Under the pieces are notes generated by a model. That model saw nothing but the letters and a program-made list of their open reading frames with translations, searched no databases and was not told the DNA's origin. Both the position numbers and the translations under genes were made by a program. A stretch of DNA of 64,000 nucleotides from an uncultured Candidatus Saccharibacteria bacterium (GTDB lineage Bacteria > Patescibacteriota > Minisyncoccia > Phycocordibacterales > CAYSCM01): the NCBI GenBank assembly GCA_964429815.1, contig CAYSCM010000001.1:64001-128000 (forward strand), given 5' to 3'. This document shows positions 39,183-49,062 of the stretch, piece after piece (within the stretch, counting starts at the first letter, position 1; every line of letters starts with the position of its first letter).

Positions 39183-42100
39183 TTAGTTCGAACGAGCCTG
39201 AATCAACCCCGCAGACGGAAGTCCCGGAATTGAGTAGCCGTTGCTGAAGTCGACCGTACCATTGGTTCCATCCCAGAGGCTTGCGGTCGTTGTCGAGTTG
39301 CCTGCCCAGACAAAGTTGCTTGAGCTTGTGGCAATTCCTGACGTTGCGACCTGGAAGCCGGAGGTGAGGTTCGTTTGGTAGGCCGTATCGCTCTTGAGGG
39401 TCGTGACTGCCGAGTAGGTTGTTGCCGTACCCGTCACCGTACCACGAAGCTCAAAGTAGTAGGTCTGGCCCGACGGGACCTGAACAGCGTTCGGGGTCGG
39501 CTGGAAGACCTGCGTCGCGCCTTGCGTAGGCGTTGCGATCGTTGCTCCAACTTGGCCGCCGGTGCCCTGACCAGAGATGGCCTGCGAGTACGAGCTGTCC
39601 GTGAAGCCGTAGAGCGATACGTTCGAGATGTTCATCGAGGTCGTCGCGAACGAGAAGGCGAACTTCGCAACTCCGACAGGTCCTGCGCTGTTAGCCGTCA
39701 CTTTGAATCGCATGAGACGACCGTCCGCTACACCTGACGATGGGAGACTGTCGAGCGAGAGCGTTGGGTAGCTCTTGAAGAAGCGCACCCCAGCGGTCGT
39801 GCTTGAGCCGCTACCCTTGACCGTCTGGCCAGAGGAAGCGCCGGTGCCTTCGAAGCTGCTCGGGTCGACCTCAATGAGATCGCCGACGCCGGTCGGTGCG
39901 CTTACGCTGATGCCGGCGATGTCCGCTTTGATGGTGAGCGGAATGTCGGTATCGCGAGTCACCGTGAAGGGCGAGATGAGCGTCGACGTCGCAATGGTGT
40001 TGGCGCCCGTGAGGGTTGCCGTACCAAGGAGCGTCGAACCGCTGTAGATGTAGAGCTGGGTTAGGTCACCCGCGGCAGTCGACGTGTTACCTGCACCAGT
40101 CTTGCCGAGCGAGCTTGCAGCTGCCGTAAGGCCGAGCTTGATGAGGTTAAACGATTCGTTAGCTGAGCGGATGCGGAATACGCCGACCGTAACGCCCGTC
40201 GTACCAGCCGCATTGATTGCGTAGGATGGCGAGGATGGGTCTACGTTGAGCGTAACCGAGGCGCTCGAGGACACTGTGAGCGTACCGCTGTTTCCGGTGG
40301 TCGGAAGGACGGTAAGCGAGTTGCCCGACTGAACACCCGTGTAGGTGATCGTGTCGCCGGAGTTTACACCGAAGATGTAGGTTGTGGCAGCAGTCGCGGC
40401 GCTCGAGAGATTGCACTGGAGCCCGAGGGTCTTGACCGTTCCCTTCGCAATGGTGATCGCATTGTCGAGGGTAATGGTGTTGGCGCCCGCAGCGACCGTG
40501 TTGAGCGTGTTGCTTCCCGTGTTAAGGGGAGTTGCTCCGTCAAAGAGCTGACAACCGCTGAGGTTTCCTACGGCGCCGGTGCCGCTCTCCCTCACCACAA
40601 GCGAGGAAAGGCGGACGTCTTCCGACGAGCTCGCTGCGTCAAGCTGAATGTTGCTGAAGAGCACATTCTGGCTTCCCGCAACGACGTTTTGCGATGCCGG
40701 GGTAGCAGCCGCGGTTACACCGAGGGCTAGCGTACGAACCGTCATCGTGTTCATCGTGAAGTTGGTCGTCGAGATCGTGATCGAGTTACCCGTTACCTGG
40801 CCCGTTGGGCTCGTCCAACTCGACGGAGTCGTGTTGAGGACAACGGTAGAGCCGCTCGGCCATCCCGTCGAAGGGATTTTACCTTTGAGGGTGTAGGTGC
40901 GCGAGCCAACCGGGAAGGTTACCGAGCTCGTGAAGTTGACGATCGAAGCGGACGCATCTACCGGACCAGCAACGACTGCGCCGTTTTGGTCAACGATCGA
41001 CACGCTGGTGATTTCGCTCACTGACGTCGTACCAGTGGAGGTGACGTTGAACTTCATGCCGGAGACCGTAACTGGCTCGCCTGCGAAGTTCGTGACGAAC
41101 CCGCCGAGAACCGTATTGGGGACGTTAACCGGAATGTTCTGTGAAGCGACCGAGGTTGCATTCTGGATGGTCGTCACCGTACCTGCGTTGATCGTTACCG
41201 TTGAGCCTTGGAAGACTGGCTGACCGCTGGTGTAGGTCGTCGCGTGCGTTGAAGCCGTCGAGACCGTACCAGAACCCGCTGCCATCGCAACGCCGTAGCC
41301 ATAGAGCTGGCCCACGAAGTAGACATCCGAGGTCTTGTCGACGTCGAACTCGGCGATGCGACCGGCAGAGTTGTTGCCTGTGAGGTCGCCCTGGAGGACA
41401 ACATCAATCGAGAAGCCCTTCTGAACGAGGATACCGCCCGGGAAGGACGAGGTCACATAGCGTCCGTCAGCAGAGACTACCGTCGGGTAGTTTGTGCCGT
41501 TGATTACCGCGACAAGGTTGCCGACATCGCTTATCGAAGCAGAACCGTTGATGCGGAAGCGGATGGAGAAGAGTTTGAGATCTTCTGCTGAACCCGCGGT
41601 GAAGCGAACGCCTGTGAAGCGAACAGCGGTTGCGCCGATGTTCTTGGTAGTGGCCGCGTTCGGGTCAAGCGAAGAAATCGCTGTCGTGACCGAACCGAGG
41701 CTGAGGGTTCCGTTGACCGTATTTGCCGCACCCGTGATCGGGAGAGCACCTGAAACCGTGGCAGTAGTGTTAACTGCGACTACGGAGATCGCGGCTACTT
41801 GACCGGCATAGCTGCCGAGGCTTGAGCCCATGTTACCCGCAATCGTGTAGTTCGACGTTCCGGCCGGGACCGTAAAGGTTCCGCCGACCGTCGCATTGTG
41901 ATTGCTGTCGAAGGTCTGGGTGTTGCCGATCTGGAGACCGTTGCTGTCGACAAGTACGACGCTTGCAAAGGCCGCATCAGCTGCGAGTCCTGTGCGCTGG
42001 ACCGTGACACCGTTTACGGTGACCGGAGCGCCGCTGTTGTTCGTGATCGTGAAGTTCGTGAATGGAACACGCACTGCGCTCGTTGGCGCCAGCGAGTTCG

Positions 42101-42704
42101 CCGGCTGGGCTCCGCCTGAGACCATGATGGTTCCTGCTGTGGTGCCTGTGCCGCCGGTCGTGCCGGTGCCGCCGGTCGTGCCGGTCGTGCATGCGGCGTT
42201 CACAGCTGCGCGGGTCTTAGGACCGAAGTAGCCGGCCGCCGGAGCTATCCCGTTGGCGGTCTGGTACTTGCCGAGCGCTGCTGCCGTTTTGCTGCCGAAG
42301 TAGGTGGACTCATTGCCGGGAGAACCCGAACCCGATGCTGCAACCTGAGTCGCCGCTTTCGAGTTTAGGAACTGCTGAAGGGCCTTAACATCCGCTCCCG
42401 AGGAACCGACGGTGAGGCTGCGAGACCAGGTGTACGGGCAGACAGCGGCGCCTGAGGTAGTCGTGCCGCCGGTCGTGCCGCCCGTGGTCGGGAGACCAAG
42501 AAGCGAAGCGTTGACATTGTTGATCGTCGCTTGGTCGGCCCCGAAGGACTGGAGGAGCGAGAGGATTGACTGGATCTGGCTCTGCGTAAGTGCCGCTGCC
42601 TGTGCAGGCGAGGTCACGAACGAGAAGAGCGCGATAGCCATCCCGACAGCAACTGCAACCGCCGCAATTTTCATCACGGCTTTGTTTGTAATGCTGGAAT
42701 TCAT
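39183..42704 (-). CDS. giant secreted surface protein (~1170 aa) with N-terminal peptidoglycan-binding domain and long Thr/Ser/Gly/Val-rich beta-repeat region
   Basis: Signal peptide MNSSITNKAVMKIAAVAVAVGMAIALFSFVTSPAQA. PG_binding_1-like VKALQQFLN...YFGSKTAAALGKYQTANGIAPAAGYFGPKTRAAVNA, flanked by (TTGG)n linkers, then ~900 aa of low-complexity beta-rich repeats. The start is ambiguous (42704 or 42674). Confidence 0.7.
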   Translation of the reverse strand: MNSSITNKAVMKIAAVAVAVGMAIALFSFVTSPAQAAALTQSQIQSILSLLQSFGADQATINNVNASLLGLPTTGGTTGGTTTSGAAVCPYTWSRSLTVGSSGADVKALQQFLNSKAATQVAASGSGSPGNESTYFGSKTAAALGKYQTANGIAPAAGYFGPKTRAAVNAACTTGTTGGTGTTGGTGTTAGTIMVSGGAQPANSLAPTSAVRVPFTNFTITNNSGAPVTVNGVTVQRTGLAADAAFASVVLVDSNGLQIGNTQTFDSNHNATVGGTFTVPAGTSNYTIAGNMGSSLGSYAGQVAAISVVAVNTTATVSGALPITGAANTVNGTLSLGSVTTAISSLDPNAATTKNIGATAVRFTGVRFTAGSAEDLKLFSIRFRINGSASISDVGNLVAVINGTNYPTVVSADGRYVTSSFPGGILVQKGFSIDVVLQGDLTGNNSAGRIAEFDVDKTSDVYFVGQLYGYGVAMAAGSGTVSTASTHATTYTSGQPVFQGSTVTINAGTVTTIQNATSVASQNIPVNVPNTVLGGFVTNFAGEPVTVSGMKFNVTSTGTTSVSEITSVSIVDQNGAVVAGPVDASASIVNFTSSVTFPVGSRTYTLKGKIPSTGWPSGSTVVLNTTPSSWTSPTGQVTGNSITISTTNFTMNTMTVRTLALGVTAAATPASQNVVAGSQNVLFSNIQLDAASSSEDVRLSSLVVRESGTGAVGNLSGCQLFDGATPLNTGSNTLNTVAAGANTITLDNAITIAKGTVKTLGLQCNLSSAATAATTYIFGVNSGDTITYTGVQSGNSLTVLPTTGNSGTLTVSSSASVTLNVDPSSPSYAINAAGTTGVTVGVFRIRSANESFNLIKLGLTAAASSLGKTGAGNTSTAAGDLTQLYIYSGSTLLGTATLTGANTIATSTLISPFTVTRDTDIPLTIKADIAGISVSAPTGVGDLIEVDPSSFEGTGASSGQTVKGSGSSTTAGVRFFKSYPTLSLDSLPSSGVADGRLMRFKVTANSAGPVGVAKFAFSFATTSMNISNVSLYGFTDSSYSQAISGQGTGGQVGATIATPTQGATQVFQPTPNAVQVPSGQTYYFELRGTVTGTATTYSAVTTLKSDTAYQTNLTSGFQVATSGIATSSSNFVWAGNSTTTASLWDGTNGTVDFSNGYSIPGLPSAGLIQARSN

Positions 42705-43406
42705 AACGTAATGGTTACTGTTAATGCCCGTGTGAACGGGCGATTCGCGAGACTCACAGGAGTCGACCCCATGAAGCGCGCGAGGAGTGACCTTTGCATG
42801 AAGTGCTTTCGGCACTCGGTCACGGTTGATAATCACTTTTGTACTATTTCCCTACCCCCGTGGTATCGACCCGGAAGCTAGAGAACTAGTGGCGAAGAGA
42901 GGTGGTTGTTCTGTATGTATTCAGCCGAGGAGGAATAAAGAGTTGCGGTAAACTGAAGCACGAGGGCAGAGCCCTCATTTTTTGAAGAAACGAGTTTTTC
43001 GGTATATGAAATTGTCAACGTCCTTCCGTGCACCCCGGTTCATTTTCCTCAAAAGTTCTGAAATAACTCAGTTAATTCCAAGAAAAACACACTCCCAGAG
43101 CTCCGCCTATTATAGACGCGCTACTTTTGCGCATCAAAACGGACAATGTGGATAACTAACGCCAAAAAAGCCCACAGATTGGTCTTTTTTGGCCGTTTTC
43201 CACGCAGCGCGGAGCATACACAAGAAGACGGCACCGGTCAATGAACATTTCCTCTAAAAAATGGCGCAATACTTGGATACGATGTCAATTTTTAGGCAGG
43301 TTTAGGTTCCTTTGAGAGCTTAAGGCCTTCGGGGACCCTAAAGGGTGGAAGGAGGGGCGCACAAGGTGAAAATGTGGCAACTTAAAAATGTGATAACTCT
43401 GGTAAC

Positions 43407-44174
43407 TCAAGGTGTGCCCGGGGTCGGCACCTCGGTAACGGACAATGAATACGAGCTCCAGCGTCTCTCGCCTTCTTTTTTAAGGACACCCTCTTGGACC
43501 ATGGCTATAAGTTCGCGCTGAAGGGTTTTCTCACTGACACCCGTAATGGCTGTTGCTAAGTTTCTTATGGTTATTCTTTGGTTTTTGGACAGTAAATCCA
43601 AAACAATCCTCCTGCGATCTAAGCGCTGTGTAGCGGTTGAATCGGTCAATGAGACATTGCTATGTCCATTAGAAATGTCTTTTTTACTGCGTCTGGTGTG
43701 CGACTGTCCACCACTGAGCATTTTTTGATCAAGGCGTCCCTCCGGAATAAGGGCTTCGGCAAGGATCGCGGAGCGCTCGAGCGAAGAAACGCGCCCGAGA
43801 AGCTGTCGAAGCGCCTCGTATTCGTTGCGCAAAACAGCGACATTGGCGGAGCTAATAGAGCGAGAGCCTTCAGCGACTGTTAGATACGAAATGATGCCCA
43901 CCATGAGACCTTCGACACGGACAAGTTCGAGAGCGTTCCCAGCAAAAAGGTCTGCTATGGCGTGTAGGATGGAAATACTGGATGACCGAAGCGACGATCG
44001 CAAAGGCTCACTATGACCTAAACGGTCCGTTACAAGATGAACAGCAGAAGATAGTTTCTGTCCTTTTTGTAGAGCGTATAAGATTCCTTGATTAAAAGAT
44101 TTGGATTCTGAGACAATATTAATGTCTGATTTTGTCCAAAAAGGATTAATTTTTTCTTGTCTCATTGTGTCCAA
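43407..44174 (-). CDS. hypothetical protein with C-terminal winged-HTH (putative DNA-binding regulator)
   Basis: 255 aa. C-terminal RIVLDLLSKNQRITIRNLATAITGVSEKTLQRELIAMVQEGVLKK is DeoR/HrcA-like wHTH. The 5' half of the gene is markedly AT-rich. Confidence 0.45.
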   Translation of the reverse strand: MDTMRQEKINPFWTKSDINIVSESKSFNQGILYALQKGQKLSSAVHLVTDRLGHSEPLRSSLRSSSISILHAIADLFAGNALELVRVEGLMVGIISYLTVAEGSRSISSANVAVLRNEYEALRQLLGRVSSLERSAILAEALIPEGRLDQKMLSGGQSHTRRSKKDISNGHSNVSLTDSTATQRLDRRRIVLDLLSKNQRITIRNLATAITGVSEKTLQRELIAMVQEGVLKKEGERRWSSYSLSVTEVPTPGTP

Positions 44175-44346
44175 TATATGTCTTTTATAACTATCGGACC
44201 TTCCCTGTAGCCTACAGTATACGTGTGTCTTTAAAGTTGATTCAATTGACGATCGTCAAAAACCGTTTTCTACCTCTTACTTTAGCCGTGGGTTCCTCTA
44301 CACCCGCTCCGGGGCGGCCTGAGAGGCTCAGCGTGCGTGCTATTAT

Positions 44347-46518
44347 GTGCCCACCATGGCTCGGAAGGAGAAAAAACCTCGATTTTGGTCGTCTTTTTCC
44401 ACTCTTCCGAGCGAAACGAAACGGGGTGTCGTTGCAGTCCTCCTTTTTGCCGCGACTGCTCTATGCATTCTTGCGGCTAACAACATGGCCGGTATCGGCG
44501 GTCGCGCTCTTTATAGCGGTATAAGCTATCTTTTTGGGCTCGGTTACTACCTTGTACCCATACTTACGCTCACGCTTGGCGTTATCTTGGTGCGTCCCCT
44601 GGAGCGGGAAGTCGGCCTCCTCAAAATCGCCGGAGCGCTTCTCCTCTTCTTTTCCGCGCTTGGCCTCGTCGACACCGTCGCTAAAAGCCGTGGTGGAGAG
44701 GTAGGAAACCTCATATCATCTCCGCTACAAGACCTCTTCGATCTTCCGGCTACCGTAGCGATCCTCGTAACGCTTCTTCTGATATCCTTCTTCATCCTTT
44801 TTGAGCTTAAATTCATCCTGCGAATGCCTGGCTGGCTTGCGACCGTCAGACTATTCAGGCGGAAGAGCGAAGACATCGATGAACCGGCCATAACGAGTTA
44901 TCAGGACGGCGAAGAGGAAGATGTCGAAGAAGACGAGGAAGAGCTTAATGAGGACGAAGAGGAGGACGAGGTGGAACCGAGAATCACCAAATCTCCCTTG
45001 GTTCCTGACTCCCCTGCCCCCGCCGGTTTTCGCTCTCGCATGCGCGGTGCATATATTCCTCCGCCACTGTCTCTTTTTGAACGTGACAAGGGTAAGCCTG
45101 GTGTTGGCGACATCAAAGCAAACGCAAACATAATCAAGCGTACCTTCCAGAACTTCGGTATCAGCGTTGAAATGGACGAGGTCTCCATCGGACCGACGGT
45201 CACTCGCTACGCGCTAAAACCCGCCGAGGGTGTGCGCCTCAGTAAGATCGTTTCGCTCCAGAACAACCTTGAGCTCGCCCTCGCCGCTCATCCGGTGCGC
45301 ATCGAAGCGCCCATTCCTGGAAAGTCGCTTGTTGGCATCGAAGTACCGAACTCGACGAAAGCTACCGTCGGCTTCGCGACACTCCTTTCTTCGACGGAAT
45401 TTACCTCGTCGGATAAGCCGCTTCTCCTTGCACTCGGCCGCGATATCGCTGGCTCCCCCATCCTCGCTAACTTGGCTAAAATGCCTCACGCTCTTATCGC
45501 GGGAGCCACCGGCTCGGGCAAGTCCGTGACTATCCATGCGCTCATAAATTCATTGCTCTATAGAAATTCCCCCGAGCAACTCCGGTTCATCATGATCGAT
45601 CCCAAGCGCGTCGAGCTCACTCTCTACAACAACATCCCCCACCTTCTCACCCCCGTCATCACTGATCCGAAAAAGACCATTCTCGCCCTCAAATGGGCCG
45701 GAAAAGAAATGGAGCGGCGCTACAACATTCTTGAAGCCGAGGGTGCGCGCGACATAGACTCCTACCACAAAAACGTCCTCGCGCCTGCCCTCGAAAAAAC
45801 CCATGGAAATGACGATGCTCCGGTCGAGACCATGCCCTACATCATCGTCATCATCGATGAACTCGCCGATATCATGCAGACCTACCCGCGCGAACTTGAA
45901 GCCGCGGTCGTGCGTCTCGCCCAGATGAGCCGCGCGGTCGGTATTCACCTCATTCTCTCCACGCAGCGACCGTCGGTGAACGTCATCACGGGCCTCATTA
46001 AGGCGAACGTTCCGGCCCGCATCGCACTTCAAGTCGCCTCCCAGATCGACTCGCGCACCATTCTCGACGGCTCCGGTGCGGAAAAGCTCCTCGGCGCAGG
46101 AGACATGCTCTATCTCTCCGGCGATATGGGCAAGCCGGTACGCCTCCAGGCTCCCTATCTCTCGGAGTCCGAGGTGAAAAAGGTCGCCAAGTATCTCAAG
46201 GACAACTATGCGGACCTTATCTCGGACGAAATACAATTTAGCGATGAAAGTAAGGGCGTTGGCCTCTCCCCCGCGTTCGAAGATGAGGAGATAGACGACG
46301 ACATGTATCAAGAGGCAAAACAAATCGTCGAAGAAGCCGGCAAGGCTTCGACGAGCTACCTTCAGCGCAAGCTTCGTATCGGCTACTCTCGCGCCGCACG
46401 CATCATGGACATACTCGAAGAGCGCGGCGTCATCGGGCCTGCGGACGGAAGCAAGCCGCGCGAAGTGCTCGGCGCTTCCGGAAGCAAAGAGGGTGAAGAG
46501 GGTGGCGAAGACGTATGA
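44347..46518 (+). CDS. ftsK: DNA translocase FtsK/SpoIIIE
   Basis: 723 aa. 4 N-terminal TM helices, acidic linker, motor domain with Walker A IAGATGSGKS and IIDELADIM Walker B, and C-terminal gamma domain (YLQRKLRIGYSRAARIMDILEERGVIG). Confidence 0.95.
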   Translation: MPTMARKEKKPRFWSSFSTLPSETKRGVVAVLLFAATALCILAANNMAGIGGRALYSGISYLFGLGYYLVPILTLTLGVILVRPLEREVGLLKIAGALLLFFSALGLVDTVAKSRGGEVGNLISSPLQDLFDLPATVAILVTLLLISFFILFELKFILRMPGWLATVRLFRRKSEDIDEPAITSYQDGEEEDVEEDEEELNEDEEEDEVEPRITKSPLVPDSPAPAGFRSRMRGAYIPPPLSLFERDKGKPGVGDIKANANIIKRTFQNFGISVEMDEVSIGPTVTRYALKPAEGVRLSKIVSLQNNLELALAAHPVRIEAPIPGKSLVGIEVPNSTKATVGFATLLSSTEFTSSDKPLLLALGRDIAGSPILANLAKMPHALIAGATGSGKSVTIHALINSLLYRNSPEQLRFIMIDPKRVELTLYNNIPHLLTPVITDPKKTILALKWAGKEMERRYNILEAEGARDIDSYHKNVLAPALEKTHGNDDAPVETMPYIIVIIDELADIMQTYPRELEAAVVRLAQMSRAVGIHLILSTQRPSVNVITGLIKANVPARIALQVASQIDSRTILDGSGAEKLLGAGDMLYLSGDMGKPVRLQAPYLSESEVKKVAKYLKDNYADLISDEIQFSDESKGVGLSPAFEDEEIDDDMYQEAKQIVEEAGKASTSYLQRKLRIGYSRAARIMDILEERGVIGPADGSKPREVLGASGSKEGEEGGEDV

Positions 46519-46865
46519 GGCGCCGCGCACTGCGCTCCTATCTCTCGATCGGTATCGCCGTGCTTTTCGTCCTCACACTCTTCGGCTATACCTTCTTTCG
46601 CACGGAAAACCTCATTGTAGGGCCCCAAATTGTCATAGAGTCTCCCACGAATGGGTCAACGCTCTCCGACCCCTACGTCGAAATACGCGGGCACGCCCAC
46701 AATGTAAGTTACCTCTCCCTCAATGGGGCGCAAATATTCACCGATGAATCCGGGGCATTCTCAGAGAAATTGTTGGCGCCGTACGGCTATACTATAATGA
46801 CCCTCAAAGCTCGGGACCGATACGGGCGCACCGTGACCAAGACGCTCGAGCTGGTCTACCAATAG
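46515..46865 (+). CDS. hypothetical membrane-anchored protein
   Basis: 116 aa. ATGA overlap with the ftsK stop. N-terminal TM helix. Confidence 0.5.
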   Translation: MRRRALRSYLSIGIAVLFVLTLFGYTFFRTENLIVGPQIVIESPTNGSTLSDPYVEIRGHAHNVSYLSLNGAQIFTDESGAFSEKLLAPYGYTIMTLKARDRYGRTVTKTLELVYQ

Positions 46866-46907
46866 TTCTTCCGTTTTTTATTACCAACTCTAGTACTAGG
46901 CGCGTGT

Positions 46908-47960
46908 ATGGCACTTAAAGAAAAGAAAGAGAGGGACGTTAAGGTGAGCGGCGAGACCATCGAGAACACTCTTAAAGCCATCAAGACGAAGTTCGGCGAG
47001 GAATCCATTATGAGACTCGGACAGCGACCCAAGGTCGACACCGACGCCATTTCGACTGGCTCCATTGGGCTCGATTGGGCGCTCGGCATCGGCGGCCTCC
47101 CTCGAGGCCGTATTATCGAAATATTCGGCCCGGAATCCTCGGGTAAGACGACGCTTTCCCTCCACGTCGTCGCCGAAGCTCAGAAGAAAGGCGGTGTCTG
47201 CGCTTTCATAGACGCAGAACACGCGATGGATCCAGAATACGCAAAGCGTCTTGGGGTTAATACGGCGGAACTCCTCATTAGCCAGCCCGATACCGGAGAA
47301 CAAGCTCTTGAGATCGCCGAAAGCCTCGTGCGAAGCGGAAAGATAGACGTCATTGTCATAGACTCCGTGGCGGCGCTTACGCCCAAGGACGAGATCGAGG
47401 GGGACATGGGACAGTCGCATGTGGGCAAACAGGCACGTCTCATGAGCCAGGCCCTCCGGAAACTCACCGCCATTGTCGCGAAATCGAAGACGATCGTCGT
47501 TTTCATAAACCAGATACGTATGCAAATCGGGGTCATGTTCGGCAATCCGGAAACGACGCCCGGCGGTAAAGCGCTAAAGTTCTACACGTCGGTGCGACTT
47601 GATATCCGCCGCATTGCCCAGATCAAGAAGGGCGATGAGGTGATGGGAGGTCGGGTGCGCGTCAAGGTCGTCAAAAACAAGGTCGCGGCGCCGTTTAAAT
47701 CGACCGAGTTCGACCTTATGTATAACGAAGGGATTTCCCGCGAAGGAGAACTTATCGCGCTTGGCGAGAGCCTCGGCGTCGTCGAGAAGTCCGGTAGCTC
47801 CTACGCGTTCGGCGAGGTAAAGCTCGGGCGCGGCTACGACGCGACACGCACCTTCCTGCGGGAAAACAAAAAAATCGCGGGCGAAATACTCAAAGAAATA
47901 AAGAAAAAGCTTAAGGCCGGGGAGGGCGCGGTGAAACCCTCCGAAGCCTCCGAGGAGTAA
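46908..47960 (+). CDS. recA: recombinase RecA
   Basis: 350 aa. Walker [10 protein letters not shown], the [15 protein letters not shown] block, and the loop L2 region. Confidence 0.97.
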   Translation: MALKEKKERDVKVSGETIENTLKAIKTKFGEESIMRLGQRPKVDTDAISTGSIGLDWALGIGGLPRGRIIEIFGPESSGKTTLSLHVVAEAQKKGGVCAFIDAEHAMDPEYAKRLGVNTAELLISQPDTGEQALEIAESLVRSGKIDVIVIDSVAALTPKDEIEGDMGQSHVGKQARLMSQALRKLTAIVAKSKTIVVFINQIRMQIGVMFGNPETTPGGKALKFYTSVRLDIRRIAQIKKGDEVMGGRVRVKVVKNKVAAPFKSTEFDLMYNEGISREGELIALGESLGVVEKSGSSYAFGEVKLGRGYDATRTFLRENKKIAGEILKEIKKKLKAGEGAVKPSEASEE

Positions 47961-47968
47961 CAAAATTG

Positions 47969-47995
47969 CCGCCGAAGAGGCGGTCGTTTTGTTAT
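47969..47995. terminator. intrinsic terminator after recA (GCCGCCGAAGAGGCGGUCGUUUUGUU), shared with the convergent minus-strand gene
   Basis: GC stem plus U-tract. Confidence 0.55.
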
Positions 47996-48312
47996 ATGCG
48001 CACCCGGGCGTATTCGGTTTTTCGGAACACTTCGAGCCCGAGTGCAATAAGTGCACCGAGGAAAACGACAAGGAGAAGCTGAACCAGCGTGCCGGTGTTG
48101 AGGAATGCTGAGGCCATAAAGGTGAGCGTTGCGCGCACGTTGAGGAGCGAAGGCATGTTTTCGAGGACGTGTGAAATCGAGACGAGCGAGGCTACCGCAG
48201 CCGTTGAGATGAGCATGACGTAGAGCTTCAGTGCACGCGCCGAGGTCGCGCGACGGAGCACGTAGATCGCGTAGATGCGGCGCATAATGGTACGGCGTAG
48301 GGCGTTGTTCAT
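47992..48312 (-). CDS. small multi-pass membrane protein downstream of ECF sigma (possible anti-sigma partner)
   Basis: 106 aa, 2-3 TM segments. Operonic with the sigma factor. No anti-sigma zinc motif, so the partner role is inferred from context only. Confidence 0.4.
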   Translation of the reverse strand: MNNALRRTIMRRIYAIYVLRRATSARALKLYVMLISTAAVASLVSISHVLENMPSLLNVRATLTFMASAFLNTGTLVQLLLVVFLGALIALGLEVFRKTEYARVRI

Positions 48313-48323
48313 GAAGAGTGGTC

Positions 48324-48914
48324 TTATGCTACTAAATCGGATGCGATTTTTTTAAACTCTTTCTTTGCGCGGTGGATGCGTGTCTTTACGGCCCCGACGC
48401 TCATTCCCTCCTCCTTGGCTATCTCCTTCTGCGGCTTACCATCGAGAAAATGAAGGGAAAGAATACGAGAGAGATGCTGGGGCATTTTCGAAAGGACCGA
48501 TATGAGATACTCGCGTGCATCGAGCTTTTCGAACTGGCGCATCACCGTGTCCGGAAGGGCTTCGTAGAATTCCGGATCGAGCGGCGCCTGCCCAAGCCAC
48601 TCGCGCTTGCGCTTCTGGTAGTGCGTGAGCGCCGTGTTGATGAGGATGCGATACCCCCATGATTTGAATGAAGCGCCTTCGACCGTCTTGAAGCGCCCCG
48701 CATTGAGGTAAATCTTCGCGAACGATTCCTGGACGATGTCCTCGGCCTCTTCCTTGCTCCGGACTATCGATCCGGCTTTGCGGACGAACGCGTCCTGATA
48801 GCGCGAAAGGAGCACCTCAAAGAGCTGCGGGTGCCGGATCGAACGCGCCAATACTTCCTCGTCGGCTAGCGTTTTAAGATCGTCTTCCTGTGCTTCAAGA
48901 TCGAGCAATCCCAT
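48324..48914 (-). CDS. RNA polymerase sigma factor, ECF (sigma-70 family group 4)
   Basis: 196 aa. Region 2 (AEDIVQESFAKIYLNAGRF) and region 4 HTH (GKPQKEIAKEEGMSVGAVKTRIHRAKKEF). Confidence 0.85.
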   Translation of the reverse strand: MGLLDLEAQEDDLKTLADEEVLARSIRHPQLFEVLLSRYQDAFVRKAGSIVRSKEEAEDIVQESFAKIYLNAGRFKTVEGASFKSWGYRILINTALTHYQKRKREWLGQAPLDPEFYEALPDTVMRQFEKLDAREYLISVLSKMPQHLSRILSLHFLDGKPQKEIAKEEGMSVGAVKTRIHRAKKEFKKIASDLVA

Positions 48915-49062
48915 GGGTGAGTGGGAGAGGGCTGGCGACCGGCCCGCCCCTTCACTCCGCTACTATAATCGACCTCGTACGCCAATGACAACCATAGTGG
49001 CTTCCAAAGGTTACACATTGTCAGGCGCTAGAAACTTGGCTATGATGCGCCCTACTATGACG

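Noticed and set aside
42120-42200. Tandem nucleotide repeat (ccggtcgtgccggtg)n reading PVVPV on the plus strand, considered as a possible minisatellite or CRISPR-like repeat
   Set aside because: On the minus strand it encodes the (TTGG)n Thr/Gly linker of the giant surface protein. It is only ~3 short units with no spacers. No CRISPR arrays exist anywhere in the window.
45550-46530. 326-aa minus-strand ORF antisense to ftsK. Similar long antisense ORFs occur at 10561-11304 inside the coupling-ATPase gene, 22169-22825 inside secD, 26997-27572 inside rodA, 36307-37074 across rplJ/DUF1360, and 60502-61536 inside ileS.
   Set aside because: Each lies entirely within a well-supported gene on the opposite strand. 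Each has low-complexity, Arg/Gly/Pro-rich translations typical of GC-rich antisense frames, with no SD or domain signal.
48913-49062. 50-aa N-terminal extension of efp in the ORF track (MGEWERAGDRPAPS...)
   Set aside because: EF-P homology starts at MLEYNDITP. The extension would overlap the divergent sigma-factor start and promoter region.
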